64,000 nt of DNA from Eledone cirrhosa (lineage: Eukaryota), in assembly GCA_964016885.1 (NCBI GenBank), contig OZ024743.1:363072001-363136000 (forward strand). Reading direction: 5' to 3'. The notes under the pieces are model-generated. The model was given only the letters and a program-made list of their open reading frames with translations. It was not told the DNA's origin and made no database searches. Of the stretch, positions 43,313 to 57,943 are shown piece by piece (positions within the stretch are counted from its first letter, which is position 1; each line of letters starts with the position of its first letter). Made by a program: the position numbers and the translations under genes.

Positions 43313-43330
43313 ATTATGATGTGTTGTGAA

Positions 43331-43665
43331 GGCGCATGGCTTGGTGGTTAGAACATTGGACTTGCAATTGAGAGGTTATGAGTTCGATTCTCGAACCGGT
43401 TGATGCGTTGTGTCCTTGAGCAAGACACTTTATTTCACGCTGCTCCAGTTTACTCAGCTGTAGAAATAAGTTGTGACCTCACTGGTGCCAAGCTGTATCG
43501 GTCATTGCCTTGCCCTTGGACAACATCGGTGGCGTGGAGAGGGGAGGCTGGTATGTATGGGTGACTACAGGTCTTCCACAAAACAAACCTTGCCCAGGCT
43601 TGTGCCTCGGAGGGAAACTTTCTAGGTGCAAAACCATGGTTATTAGTGACAGATTGGGGTCTTTT
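43331..43665 (+). mobile_element. tRNA-derived CORE-type SINE
   Basis: A box tggcttggtggttag, B box gagttcgattc, then CORE-like tgtgtccttgagcaagacactt. Confidence 0.75.
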
Positions 43666-44606
43666 AAACCATTATGGTGTATATTATCTCTTTTGTTGTA
43701 TAATATATTTTAAGAAAAAAAAATTGAAATGTTAGGAAACGCTTCCAGTCGTAGAAACTTCGTTAAAATATCTTACAGACGAAACTTGGTTCCTCGAGTC
43801 ATCTTTGACGGCAATAACACCGAATAAAAACTGAGTCAAGACGGGACACCATGTCACCACCCTAGTCTGTGCTAGCATGAAAATCTGACGTAAAATGATG
43901 AGAATCATAATGACGAAGATGATAAATTGAAATGAAAATCGTCTACTCTGTTATCAAATAGAATAGGTGTAACTTATATATGGAATGGACCTCCGCCGGT
44001 TTCGATGACGAATGTGTTAGTTATTCGATCAACGGAACAGCACGCTCATAAATTTTACGCATAAGTGGCTGAGCCTTATGCAGACGCATATACCCTTAAC
44101 GTAATTCCTAGGAAGATTCAGCGTGACATAGTGTGTGAAAAAAACTACCTCTTTGAATTTCCTAAACAGTCCATCAACAGGCTTCCAAACAGTTTCTATC
44201 TACCCAATTTGACTCACAATGCATTGGTTGATCCGAGGCTATATTGCAGGGACACAATGAACCCGGATCCTAATGATTGTGAAGCAGACTTCTTAACTAT
44301 TGGGCAATGTTGCATCCACTTAACTTATACATATTAGAACTGATATAAATGTCCTCTAGGAGATTAGTCATTTATATACATAAAGAATGCCAAAATCATT
44401 AGTCATTGTACGCTCATAAACATCAATGCAATAACAATTTATTTCTCTGTTTTCAAGGTAGTGTTACGAGTAATTTGTAGTATTCCTATAATACTTATGT
44501 AACGAAAATTGGAAACAAGTAAGATATGTTTTGGATATATTTTGCCAATTTAAAGTTCTTATAAGACACGTGTAATTAGTTTGAATCTCTCTCTCTCTCT
44601 TTCTCT

Positions 44607-44656
<50 letters not shown>

Positions 44657-44858
44657 TCTCTCTCTCTCTCAATATATATATATATAGTAATAATAATAAA
44701 TTTGAAGACTAAAATCCAAAGAGGGCTCGATAAGGATAAATATATATCAAATATATAATAACCGTAGAGCAAATATATTCACAGATTGAGTTTTTTAGTT
44801 TCATAAGATCCCGTTAAGGGTGAAAGCAGCGATTCTTTGCTTAAACTTTAATCCGTTA

Positions 44859-44919
<61 letters not shown>

Positions 44920-45002
44920 TTCGGATCTAGCTGTCGAAACGGCCGGACTTCAGCCGTCGGGTCCTGACTCTTTTCCTATATATATTTATATATATATATA
45001 TA

Positions 45003-45235
45003 TGGCAAGTAAGTATGTTTTGTGAGCAGGTTTGAAATTAGAAAATAGAATAGTTTTCACCGTATTTTTGACTAAAGGAATTTTAGCCTGATAATGGAGT
45101 TTAGAATCCTCAGATAAATGGAAAAAGATGAGTATTGACGTACATGTACGTCAATACTCATCTTTTTCCATTTATCTGAGGGTTCTAAACCCCATTTCAG
45201 GCTAAAATTCCTTTAGTCAAAAATACGGTGAAAGC

Positions 45236-45239
<4 letters not shown>
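45003..45239. repeat. Spacer-less palindrome (arms about 95 bp, centre 45144/45145) in (TA)n
   Basis: ...gagtattgacgtaca|tgtacgtcaatactc...; arms 45049-45144 and 45145-45239. Confidence 0.88.
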
Positions 45240-45292
<53 letters not shown>

Positions 45293-45854
45293 TAGAACGA
45301 GTATTTTAGTTGTTTGTTAATTGAGAGAGTTAATAGATGATATACTGTATGCATTGTTGAGAATGTATGTATTGTTTGTGTATTGTATCATAGAGAGTAA
45401 CCGAAGCAGTCCAAAGCAATGATGTGGCAAATATCATCATAAGGCATTACGACGTTTTTTTATATATAATTTATTTACAAAGATGAGAAGTTGAGTTAGC
45501 TGTGAAGACATGCCTTAAGAAATTAAATAAAACAAATTAAGATGCTGTAAAAGAATACGCAGACCTATGGCTAAAGTTGGAAGCCACGGCCGCGGTAATT
45601 GTTCGATAGCTACATTTTGGAAAGTTTGTTGAACAAAATCGAGAGATGTTTACCTTGGTGGTGTCGAGCTGCAAGAGAGATGTTCGAAGAGAAGCGGGAA
45701 TTTTTCCCTTTCGGCGGAAGTTGAAATACATCTCCCTACGTTGGTAGTCGTTTTAGTCTTTGATTTTACAGAACAAAGAAAAACTGATACTATTTGAAAT
45801 TAATCTACTCTCCAGCTTTTATCCATATACTACTTACAGTCCGTACTAACGAAG

Positions 45855-46010
45855 CAACACTTCAGAAGCAATGTTATGCGGTATATTGCTGTGTTTCAGA
45901 TGACGCCCTTTGGAGCTGAAAAAGATCATACTGACTATGGTTATTTCAAAACATTTAAAATCCAATGTTACCATTTAATCGGCAGTTTACTCCCCCAGCC
46001 TAATAAGGAA
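45855..46010 (+). pseudogene. Helitron Rep/helicase N-terminal remnant
   Basis: RYIAVFQMTPFGA...TFKIQ-CYHLIGSLLP resembles the conserved FQMTSFG...FKIQGQVYHRIGSLLP. Confidence 0.6.
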
Positions 46011-46167
46011 GTTTTATGATTGTTTTTTTTTTTATGTCTTTCTCACACACTACCACACCCGCACATTGCGGTCTAACCTCATACCAGATAACACATCTAA
46101 TACAGTCGTTTTCTCTTATTGTTAAACATTAAACTAATACTTTTGTGGGACGTGACTCTCTCTCTCT

Positions 46168-46292
46168 GAATATCTAACACTTTAATTATATCTGTGTGTG
46201 TGTGTGTGTGTGAATATCTAACACTTTAATTATATCTGTGTGTGTGTGTGTGTGTGTGAATATCTAACACTTTAATTATATCTGTGTGTGTG
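46168..46292. repeat. Three-copy tandem repeat gaatatctaacactttaattatatct(gt)n
   Basis: Seen directly. Confidence 0.85.
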
Positions 46293-49200
46293 GCGGTGTG
46301 GGGGGTGTAGGGGGGGGGGGGTTCGTGTGATTCAACCAACCAATAAACATCTTTTTTTTATATGATATATAGATATAGATTATACCTCTGGATTCAAATC
46401 CCGTCAGAGTCGATTTTACTTTTAATTTTTATCCTGCTTACAAAATACTTGAGTTTAAATCAAGCCAATATAACCCCATCCCTCGCCATCGCGATTTTAG
46501 AATAGGGATATATTGCCCGCGTTAATTTCATGATCAGTCTGTTCAGTTGAAAGAACAACTGGAACATTCATTGTCCAAAGTGACGGCAATTCATTCCATA
46601 CCCTTGATCAGGGTTTCATATTTTATTTATCCTGGCTCACAAGATATAAAGACAATGGCAGCCACCATAAACGATTGTCGATTCTACTGTTCTACGTTTT
46701 AAACGTGATATCTCACGTTACGGAAACGTGACGTCTCAATTCTCCCCGTATCCAAACGTATTTCTTTTTACAAATTACAATAAATTGAAGGGGCAGTCGT
46801 ACTCAGCTGATATTTATATGTTTTCAAACCCTGGATAGATCGGAGACAAATTTAAACTCCGGGTTTGATTATATAATGTAAAGGTATGCAATGTTGCTCT
46901 TTCTTATAGTTACATACAGATTTATAACATCTTACAGTCTATAATTAAATATATAAATGTTTTAATGAGATAATACTAATTCTCTTCTCGTTTCTCGAAT
47001 GTCAATACAACCCACCATCGCCACCACCACTGCCACCATACTGGAAATATAAGCTGTTGTTTTTATTTTATATTATTTTATATTATTATATATATAAATT
47101 CAAGTTGTCGACGCCGTGGGACAAGTTTAAGTTCCTTCCCCAGACGTTTTCATTTTTCCCTCAAGTTTTCATGTTTTCTTCTTAGGTTTTCACAACGCTA
47201 ATGTAATTTTAAATGGTATAAATATAAAACGCCATTGATGTTTTAAATATGTGGCACAGTATCGATGTAAAAAATTCTGAGTAATTTCCAGATAGCGGAT
47301 CCTTACTTTTTTAAGCCCTCAGCCCTTGATAAATAAAACCTGTCCAGCCATCTCCATGTCTAATTACAACCGATTTCTTTCAGAGATAAATAGATAAATA
47401 GGAATTAAGAATGTACCCCAGTATTAGATTGCTACTCATTTATTTACCTCGTAGGCATGAAGAAAAAAGTTGACTTCAGAAGGATTTCAATTCATAGCGC
47501 AGAGTCCCCAAAACGAATACCGTAAGATGTTTTATCGACACTCAAACTAATCCTCCATTTCGCTGCCTTATCAATTAACGATTATAACATTATTATCAAT
47601 TGTTCCTCACATCGCCAAGAAGTCTAATATTTTTCAGTGACGGAAAATGGGAAATTGTGACGTTTATATCTTTTCTAAGGTCATTGGTGGTGTAAGTTGT
47701 AGTAATGAACTTACTATAGAAAATCGAAATCAAGTCGAAGATTCATTTCGCAAATGTTTTAAGACCACATGCATAATTAGCCACGAACAAATACCTCCAC
47801 TAATTAATTTTTTTTGTTAATAATCACATGAAGGATATTTTATAGAAATATCAAATCAAACCTTGTACTTGGTTGATACTTTAATTTATCGACTCCGGAA
47901 ACGTTGACAGGCCAAGTTATCCTCAGCGACAAAATATAAAGAATTGTAACTAAATACTAAAATGAGAGAAACGCTATAGTGTCCGTCTGACTGTATCTCA
48001 TATTGATAGTCAGTCTAACTGGTAGTCTAGTTATGGTCTATCTCAGTAAAATCGATTTTTAGTAAACATGGCGGTTAACGCTACCAAGTAAGGCCCACGT
48101 CCATAATTTTAGTTTATATTTGATCCCACGGCATAGGCATCAATTCTGTCAGAAAAACAGAACTCGGGACGATCTGGCAAGACACAAAACACAGATCTAT
48201 TGCTTAACAGACGATCTCGTAACCGATTACACTACAAAATATTGGCTTTTCCGTTTCTCCAAAGTGTAAATTTGTTTCTATTATTCTAACTGCACACTTG
48301 TTTCTGTTATTAAATATATTACAGTATAATAATAATAACGGAAGCGCTGGGGTTATAGAGGGTGGGGGACATCAGTAACAGTGCCAGATCATGTAACTCG
48401 CACTATTTGGTTTCGTCCTTCTATGTTGTATTTAAATCTTATTCTGATCAACATTGCTTTTCATTCCTTCGCAATAAATAATTGTTTCTACTTTTGCCAC
48501 AAGGTCAGCAATTATCCAGTGCATTACTGGTACTTTATTTTATGAAAGTCAAAGTTAACCTTGGCGGGATTTTTGCTTGTTTTGTTGTTGGTTATTTGTT
48601 TGTTTGCCACCAGTTGAGCTCAGGTTGAGACACCTGTGATCAAAGTGATCCAGTTGAGACCATCCATCTTCTATTCAGGTACAGTTAATTGAGAACTATG
48701 TCTCTCCCATTTAAAACTACAGGGTCTATTTATAATAAAAGAAAATAAATTAAAAGTATATGAGGCTGATTTAATGCTATATTGGGGGACAAGGGAAATA
48801 GTTCTCACTTTAACGTATTTCTACTGTTTAATCAAGAAATGTAGAGCAGTGGCCATAACACTTTTCGGGATTTCTGAAACAGGTGGGAAAATGAGAGAAG
48901 GTTACCTTCAAATTAAAGACCTGGTTCGAATGTTTGCAATAGAGTGAGATCCGTTAACGGCTTCCAGTATCAGGTGGAGGTGGTAAACCGAACCGGATGA
49001 CGGATTAAGTTTAGCAAATCCAACAGGTTACAGTCGGGTTTGAAATCCAAATCCAAAGAGCTAGATCAATATATCAAAAGGCATTACAACTTATGCTCTA
49101 ACTATTCCGATAATCTACTAAACTGGACTGGTGGTATTTTATACTAAAAGGATGACTTCGGCAGGATTTAAACTCGGTGAGAAGGCATTTTGTCATCCGC

Positions 49201-49755
49201 TCTAATGATTCTGCTAATGCACAAATAACAACAGTAATAGTTGTATAAATAGCTGTATAAATAACTGCATTAAATCCTTTTCTATTGTTCTTTTAAATCT
49301 GAAACCAACGAGTAGGTGTTTTTACAATCAGTCTTCAGGTTCGTTGCTGAAAGGCGCCGAGGTACCTCGTGAAAGTCCTTGGAGTCGTTTGTATGAGCTT
49401 CTTAATAAAGCTTGGGAAATCTAATTTGTTTCATCTACAGTTTGGGAATTCAAATAATAAATTAAATAACGAGACAAGAGAATATTTTATTTGATCAGTG
49501 TTAATTAGAGAACAATGGTTAAATGAAACCTGTTTCAATATTCTGTAATAGTTTGTGACGAGAATAGAGAAAACAAAAGTAATAAGAGAAATACTTTGCT
49601 ATTATGTAAATACTTGTGTGTTAGTGTATTTGATTATATTGAAGGTTATACAGGTCAATCAGAATATATATATGTGTGTGTGTGTATGTGTGTCTATAAT
49701 ATATATATATATGTGTGTGTGAGTGTATTCATGTATATATATATATACACATACA

Positions 49756-49826
<71 letters not shown>

Positions 49827-49929
49827 TTGCATATATATATATATATGTGTATATACATACATATATATATATACATACATAGATACATACGTGTGCGTGA
49901 TTGTTAATTTATATATATATGTATATATA

Positions 49930-50921
49930 TGAGGTTTGTCCCAAAAGGGGTTTCATTTTGTTATGTACGACACGGTAACGCAACACCTCGTTGATGTATA
50001 TTCGCATGTTAGTTATGACTTTGGTTTCACGAACATACGTGTCGATTGACTCAGTCGTGAGTTATTGCTGTTTATGTGCAGACGTGTTTATAATCACTGT
50101 TAGAATAATTGCAGACGAAACGGGCTTAGATAAAAATGCAGTTCACAGAATTTTAACAGACCATTTGCGCATGCGAAAAGTTTGTGCAAAACTAGTGCCT
50201 AAACACTTGTCTGTGGACCAAAAAGCGAACCAGCTGGAAATGTGCTCCAAAGACACGACATTGAATCAAATCTCTTGGATAAAGTAATAACAGGAGATGA
50301 ATCAAGGGTGTTCGAGTACGACCCACAGACAAAACTGCAAAGTGAGGAGTTGCACACGAAAGCTTCTCGTCTTCCGAAGAAAGCACACATGAGCAGATCC
50401 AGGGTGAAAACAATGATTATCGTTTTTTTTTCGACAGCCGTGGTATTATTCACATAGGAACTTCTCCTCCGGGGCAGACAGTTACTCGCACCTTCTACAA
50501 AGATCTCTTGGAACGACTTCCAAAATGGGTCCAGCGAGTCTGAAAGGAATTTACAGGAAATTGACTACTGACCACGGTAACGCACCTGCTCACACAGCAC
50601 TTTCAATTAGACAATTTCTGGCGAAGAAAAACATTACTACTTTGCCATATCCCCTCTACATCCCAGATATAGCTATGTGTGATTTTTACCCGTTCCCTTG
50701 AATCGCAGTTGAAGAGTCATCAATATGCGACAGTGAAAAACATACAAAAGTACACTCAGAAAAAATGACTTCCGGTACTGCTACGATCGACGGAAAAAGT
50801 GTTGGAATCACTGTGTGACTTCCCAAGGATCGTATTTTGATGAAGCTAACTTGTAATTTCATGTACGTCTAATATATATTTAAATAAAACATCAGTACCC
50901 CTACTTTTGAGACAAACCTCC
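49930..50921 (+). mobile_element. Decayed mariner DNA transposon with TIRs and TA target duplication
   Basis: TIRs gaggtttgtcccaaaag / cttttgagacaaacctc; TVRIIADETGL...MRKVCAKLVPKHL, VITGDESRVFEYDP, later HGNAPAH and YIPDIAMCDF-like pieces. Confidence 0.9.
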
Positions 50922-51189
50922 TATATGTCGGGTTCCTGACTTTTTCCTATATGTATATATATATGTGTGTGTGTGTGTGTGTGACTATATATATATAGAG
51001 AGAGAGAGAGGTGTATGTATGTTTGTATGTATACCGCTACCGATGTAGTATTTATATAACTCCATGTACGAGATGGGAATGGGGGTGTATTGAGATGAAA
51101 TGGCCGAGTGGATAAATTATTGGCATGTCTATGCATAGTTTATGAGTTCAAATCTACTGCGTCTGTTTATGTTGTGTAATTGAACAGCG

Positions 51190-51600
51190 TATTTAATCCC
51201 TTACTTAGGCTCATCTGGGTGTGAAGCATGGAACCTAAGGGAAGCTGACATTAAACAATTGAAGTCGTTCGAGATGAAGAATTAGAGAAAAGCACTATAA
51301 ATAAGTTTGGTTGCTCGTAGAATAAACGACTCAGTCCGTGGAGGTGAAAACGAAGCGAAAGTTAGTGGCCATGGTCAGAAGGTGAACATTTCGATATTTC
51401 TGTCATGTCATGATGGCTTAGAGCCTCTAGATCTAAATCCTTGGGGGCGGGGTGGACAGAAAAGGGGCTCCCGGGTGACACAAATGAAGATGGAGAAACG
51501 ATATCAAGGACTGGACAGAGGGGACTCTGGCAGAATGTTCGAGACAAAAATATGTGGCGAAGAGTGGAGGTTGTGTCTCCGGACTCTGACCATCAACCTT
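51190..51600 (+). pseudogene. Decayed RTE-type LINE 3' fragment
   Basis: GCEAWNLREADIKQLKSFEM resembles the YGCEAW...FEM motif. Confidence 0.5.
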
Positions 51601-51983
51601 GAAAATGGGATTATATCCACTCATTACCTTTTAAATCAACTCTGCAACAGATCTGGGAATGTAACCGACAACTCACACCTGTTAAATGTTACAAAACCAA
51701 AGCTAAGCATAGGTCACAATTATTAACATTTGGATTTTATAGACATGACCCCCACCAAATACATACACAGTTTAGTTGCTTTGTAGCTTACGTATCTTAT
51801 GTGTATTTGTTTTGTATACAAAGGATATCATCGAAAGTTCTTCCCATTCATTTTTGTAGTGGATAAATAAATATTCTTTATATAATTAATTACGGTGCCG
51901 ACAAAAGTACTTTATGCAAACTAGACTGGCTGTCTCAGTTAAATTTAGCTTGTTTGTTTGATATACACACATACATACACACA

Positions 51984-52029
<46 letters not shown>

Positions 52030-53477
52030 TGCGTGCATGTGTAACAATGTATGCAAAGTTTCGAACTATAAAAGCGCTGTGTAATTATAAAATTCATAGA
52101 AAAGGCAGCCGTCGCAGATTCAGAAAATAACTGTAAACACAACTTAGAAAATCAGGTAAAAAACCCTACAGACGGGAAAAAAAGTGGTCAGCGGCCACTA
52201 ACGTTTACGGTGTTTGATTATATCTCCCTTTTTGGAGAGATGTATAAGGATACATTTCTGCTGATAATCTGTCAATTAGCCATGAAACATGTGTACGCTA
52301 TGTCTTGTGTTTTTCTGTGTACAAAGAGAATAATGGAATGTTTTTCACATTTGTTTAAATGTTCACTGCGAACTTTATAAGCAAGTCATACCTATATAAC
52401 TTTTATTGTGCATGTGTGTGTGTGTCTTCCGCCTGTCTGTGTGCGCGTGTATGTTTTTTAAAATAGCTTGAGAAGTGATATTGAAATAGAGTTAGTCTGG
52501 TTCAGGTGAAATTATTGTGTGTTTAGCCCCATGTTAATCCTGATTAAGCATAAGCAAACCTTTCATTCCAGCTATAAGTATACTGATTTTGTTTTTATGG
52601 CGGGGGGGGGGGGGGGGTACGTTGTCTAAGGCGTTCTTTCCTTTTTAAGATCCTTGGAATAGGATATTCGATAGATTTGGTCACTATTTCTACTATCGAA
52701 TGTTTTCTTAGACGCTCTCTCGATGGTTCTATGTGGAACAAGTGAATTACATTTTTAAAACATACTGTGATTTATATTTTACAATAAGTCGGATACTTTG
52801 ATGACCTAATTTTAGAAGATTTTGTAACTTTTGTGAACTGGAAAGTAAATGAAAAACATATTTTGTCTCATGCAAAGAAAAATGTCTAAAATAGAATGAA
52901 AAAGAATGCGTCCAAGAAAAACTTTGAAAAGAATACTCTTGTGGGAAATAACAACAAATCATGTGAGAAATCAATCAGAATAACAAAAATTAGGTCGAGG
53001 CAAACAGCATTGTGCAAGATAGTGTAGAATGTACATGACTACTGACGTTGCTGGAAATATGTCGTGATGTCCTTCATCTTCTGAGATGATGATCTTCCAC
53101 GAACATTATGTAAAATAATAGTGATCTTTATAATAGTGAATTTTATAAGTCTATATACTTACGTTGTATTGTATTTTAATTAATAATTTTTATTTCACAA
53201 CCAAAACTACAAAAAAAACAGTCCTTCCAACTCCTAAATATATAAACATGACCATAATCATACGATTACTTAAGTGAATAGACGCAATAACGTCGTGGGA
53301 AAAAGTCGAACTAAAACAAATGCTTGCCTTTTATAAGGCTGTTGACTTGATTGTGGAAGAATGATTAAGTTATTTCAGGACAAGCCTTATAAAAATGCTT
53401 TTCGTTTATTTTCTCTTATTTTTATTTGCATTTTTTTGTTGTCGTTGATGCTGTTATTGTTATTGTTATTGTTATTG

Positions 53478-53596
<119 letters not shown>

Positions 53597-53855
53597 TGTG
53601 TGTGTGTGCGAGTGTGTGTGTGTGTGAGATAAGGACGAGAAATTTGACTTGTAGTTCAGTAATGAAGAAGGCTGTATATCTGGCTAAAACAAACATTTTC
53701 TGTATTCATAGTACTAAATAATACGAACATGCGCAGAGTCCGTGTGTGTGTAAAATATATAACATATATTTTTTTAAATAATATATTTATATATATATAT
53801 ATATATATATAATTATATATTTCGTTTATTGAATCTCATCTATATTAAAACTATA

Positions 53856-53902
<47 letters not shown>

Positions 53903-53909
<7 letters not shown>

Positions 53910-56620
53910 GAAGAGATATTTAATTTGTTGGAAATCCAACAAATATAGATGTTTATAACTGATTCAGAGCACTCGACAGTTTTCTGGAGTAAGTATTCAA
54001 CGATATTAAATAAATGGAAACTATATTTATAAAACCATATTTATTCCATTATATATATTTCAAGGGTACCAAACATTTTGGTACGCTATCATCAGATATA
54101 TACAACATGTTTTATAAATATTTGACATGACCAAGGATAATATACCTTAACGGTTCAAATTATCCCTGGAAAGTGAAGGGAAGAGAGAAGAAAAGTCAGA
54201 TATTTAAAATTATTAATATGAGTATGCAAATGATGTTTATATTAAAGGGCTGAAAAAAGGTTATTTTAGACGCTATGGAAAATTTAAATAATTATGAAAA
54301 GGAAGGAAGAGAAAGAGAAAGGAATAACGTTAATTTGTGGGAAACATTTTTTTACCTATATTATGAGTTATAATATTGTATATAAATTATATGAAGAATT
54401 ATGGTTGTAAGTATTTTTATCTTATTACATTAGGATAGGTTATATGTATATACATATCTCTCTATATATTAATAAGTTGCGTATGTATTGATTGTTTATA
54501 TAAACAAATATGAGTTACGAAGGATGTTGAAATTTTATTTTCAAGTTGTGAGATTAGAATAATTTGTGGATTCAAAATGTTTCAACATTGAGAATGTTTT
54601 CAGAATATCGTTATTGTAACGAAGCTATATATATTATCAAACAAAAATTGTTGAAGAAGAAGGAAGCTAAGAAGAAGGAAAAGGAAAACCACTTAAACGT
54701 TAATTTAGGGGAAATATATTCAGACATTTGTTTATATTTATATGGAGAATTATTTATCTTATTATAATAATATATAAATATATATTTTAATAATAGCATA
54801 TGTATTTTTTTAATTAAAAGGATAGTTTGTTTATAATATGAGTTACGACGGATGATGATTTATAAATAAATAAAAAAATAAATAGGTGGTTGTTCATAAT
54901 ATAAGTTACAAGGGATGTTGATTTTGTGTAAATAAATAGGTAGTTACAATTGATAAGGTTTAAATTAAATTAACGGAGTTATGTATAAAAAGTTTTTATG
55001 ATTGAAAAAAGGAAAGATAACTCTGATTTCTTTTTACTAAAAACAGTTAATGGTTATTAATCTACATTTAAAAATTAGCGTTAGAGGGTGTCATTAGAAA
55101 AATAAAGAATTAAGAAAAAAGAATTAAAGAATTAAAAAAAAAAAGAATTAAAATTAAAATTAAAATTAGAATTATATAGAAGTACATAATATAGAAGTAC
55201 ATAAATATCTATACACATACACACGTACATATATATTATAAGAAGTTTTTAAGATATTATGATTTAGAGATATTAATATATTAAAAGTATTAAAAATATA
55301 AAATGTTAGAGAAGATAGGATCATTTTGGAGATTAATAGGAATATTATAAGTATATTATAAGTTACATATAGTTCTGAATATAGAATTTTGGCGATGTCT
55401 GCAAGAATTAAATATTTCTGTTCTGAGGTTAATAGAGTTTTTACAATTAATTATATAAAAAATTTCTTCAATACATAATTTACAGAATCTTGATAAGGCC
55501 GTGTTACAGTAAGCAGGTGCTTTTGAAATCGTTTTCCAAGATAATGAATAGTCTATATTCTTGCTTTTTAAGTTCCATATAAGATGTGAGAGGGTAGTAG
55601 AAGATTTGTTGTCAGATCTTCTAAAAGAATGATTGTGGTTATTCCAGCGAAGTTTAAATTCTGTAGAAGTGGCACCGACACAGTTGAATATATTATCACT
55701 AGTTTTAACTGTGCATTTATAAACTATGTTTTTATCTAAACACTTATTTTGTAAAAGGCAGTTTGATTTGATTCTACAGTTACATTTTACGGAGTTGTTG
55801 TTGCTCGGAACGGTACTATTAGGCTGGATATTGCTAGAAATGTTATTATTGTTATTTTGGTTAGGGTTTAAATTTAAGTTTATTTATATTTTGTGGTATG
55901 TTCATAGTAGTAGAGTAGGATAGTTTTATAATATATCTGTTAAAGATTGAGTGGTATATGTGGGTTTTAGGAAAACATTTGTCTAGTGCTTTAAAGAATA
56001 GCTTTGCTAAAGGTGTTTTAACACTTAATGAGAATGGGGTTGATTACCAAATAATATTTCTAGTTCTAGTTCTTTTGTTTGTTTTAGAGTTTAAGTTAAA
56101 TTGTTTATTCTTATTATAATTAATAGTAGGGTGATTTGCCTTATTATTGTTGTCAATGTATTTAATTTTATTCGTATACCCTGCTCTATTTAAAGCTTCA
56201 TTATAATATTCAGCCTTATCCTCAAAAATATTTTTATTAGCAGAGATGCGTGAAATTCGTAGCTGGACGCTATTGACAATAGTGTTCTTAATAGATCTAG
56301 GATGATTAGAGTTAAAACTTACGTAATTTAGATTCTCATTAATTTTATGGAATGGATAGTAGGGCCCTGTGCTAAGGTTTAATGTTACGTCTAAAAAGTT
56401 AACGATTTTATAGTTATTTTCTATTTCTAACTTAAGGTTATAATTATTGAAGAATTGTATTATGGATATTCTTTTCCTATTAATTTCACAATTACTATGG
56501 TTTTCAATTAAAAGTAGCATATCATCGCGATATAAAGCACCGGTCATCTCTGGCATTTTTCTAGGCAGTGTATTATTAATAAATAAGACTACAAGATCCA
56601 TTATTTGCGCCGAGTCGGAT
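53903..56620 (-). mobile_element. Penelope-like retroelement 5 (AT-rich, Hydra-type), 5'-truncated, long 3' region with HHR at about 54046-54098
   Basis: ORF 56044-56601 (ALYRDD, NFLDVTLNL, SNHP); downstream KCNCRIKSNC, VGATSTEFKLRWNNH; CTGATGA-...gtacc/ggtac...-GAAA-tatata-TA; bounded by (TA)n. Confidence 0.85.
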
Positions 56621-56796
56621 ATATTATATATATATATATATATATAATTTAATATATGTCCCTAAGGACAGACACTAGACTCTTGGAGATGCAGGACATG
56701 GCAGCGATAATGAGGGACAGAGACGTTAGAGAGAACTCGTCCATGGATCTCGGGAATTTTACCCGCCCTAGGCATAAATGTATATATATATTATAG

Positions 56797-56902
<106 letters not shown>

Positions 56903-56916
56903 TATATATATATGTA

Positions 56917-56959
<43 letters not shown>

Positions 56960-56962
<3 letters not shown>

Positions 56963-57393
56963 ATTATTCATAATAATAATAAATGGAGACATTCAAATAA
57001 TCAAAATATATGTTTTATTATATATATTTTGAAGGTACTGTGCTGTTTTTTCAGTACGCCCTCGTCAGATAAAATACATGAATTGATGTATGATATACCT
57101 GAACGGTCTTGAAAGTTCAATTCCAGTATTGACTGCCAATACTGGAATTGAACTTTCAAGACCGTTGAGGTATGTCATACATCAATTCATGTATTTTATC
57201 TGACGAGGACGTACTGAAAAAACACCACAGTACCTTCGAAATATATATAATAAAACATATTTTGATTATGTGAATGTCTTCATTTATTATTATTCTGAAT
57301 AGTAATAACTCCAGAAAATTTTCTTGTAGAGTGCTTTTAATCTATTGCAAAACTATATTCATTGAGTAATCAATGAACCATATTAAACTTTGG

Positions 57394-57395
<2 letters not shown>
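56960..57395. mobile_element. Family C palindrome with HHRs at 57013-57074 (minus) and 57194-57255 (plus)
   Basis: Centre ccagtattg-actgc-caatactgg; homologous to 41280-41522. Confidence 0.85.
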
Positions 57396-57427
<32 letters not shown>

Positions 57428-57429
<2 letters not shown>

Positions 57430-57620
57430 CGAAGGAAATGTGGTAAGGAACCAGGTGGACCATAACGCACCAAAGTACTCAATACTTGAGGTAGTAGAGT
57501 GGGTAATAGGAACCAGTAAGACCCCGACAGCTGAGCTCAAGCCGTTTCGACGGCTAATTCTCCGAGAATTAGCCGTCGAAACGGCTTGAGCTCAGCTGTC
57601 GGGGTCTTACTGGTTCCTAT
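57428..57620. mobile_element. Family Q palindrome containing 3' halves of a hammerhead
   Basis: Centre ggctaattctc-c-gagaattagcc at 57563; GAAA-cggc...gctg-TC-ggggtc on each arm. Confidence 0.8.
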
Positions 57621-57664
57621 ATATATATATATATATATATATATTCTGTCATTACTACCACAGA

Positions 57665-57749
57665 GGTCCGACGAGCTTTTGATTCCAGAGTCGGGCTAGA
57701 TCGATACAGATAAAACCTTGAGCTGATCAGTAGCGAAACGCGCGTCACC
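57665..57749 (+). ncRNA. Hammerhead-like motif with long stem II insert; homologue at 63089-63175
   Basis: ggt-CCGACGA-gct...agc-GAAA-cgcgcg-TC-acc. Confidence 0.6.
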
Positions 57750-57877
57750 AACAAATAAACGTAATGAAGTAGTAACCATTCGTCCTTGTATTATTATATT
57801 ACTGTCTATATCTTCGCCTCGATACTGACGTGAACCTACAGTAACTCTGCGTTAAACTCCCTGGATTTATATATTTA

Positions 57878-57939
<62 letters not shown>

Positions 57940-57943
<4 letters not shown>

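Noticed and set aside
43200-46292. Short regularly spaced repeats as a possible CRISPR array
   Set aside because: Simple minisatellites without unique spacers; eukaryotic context and no cas genes
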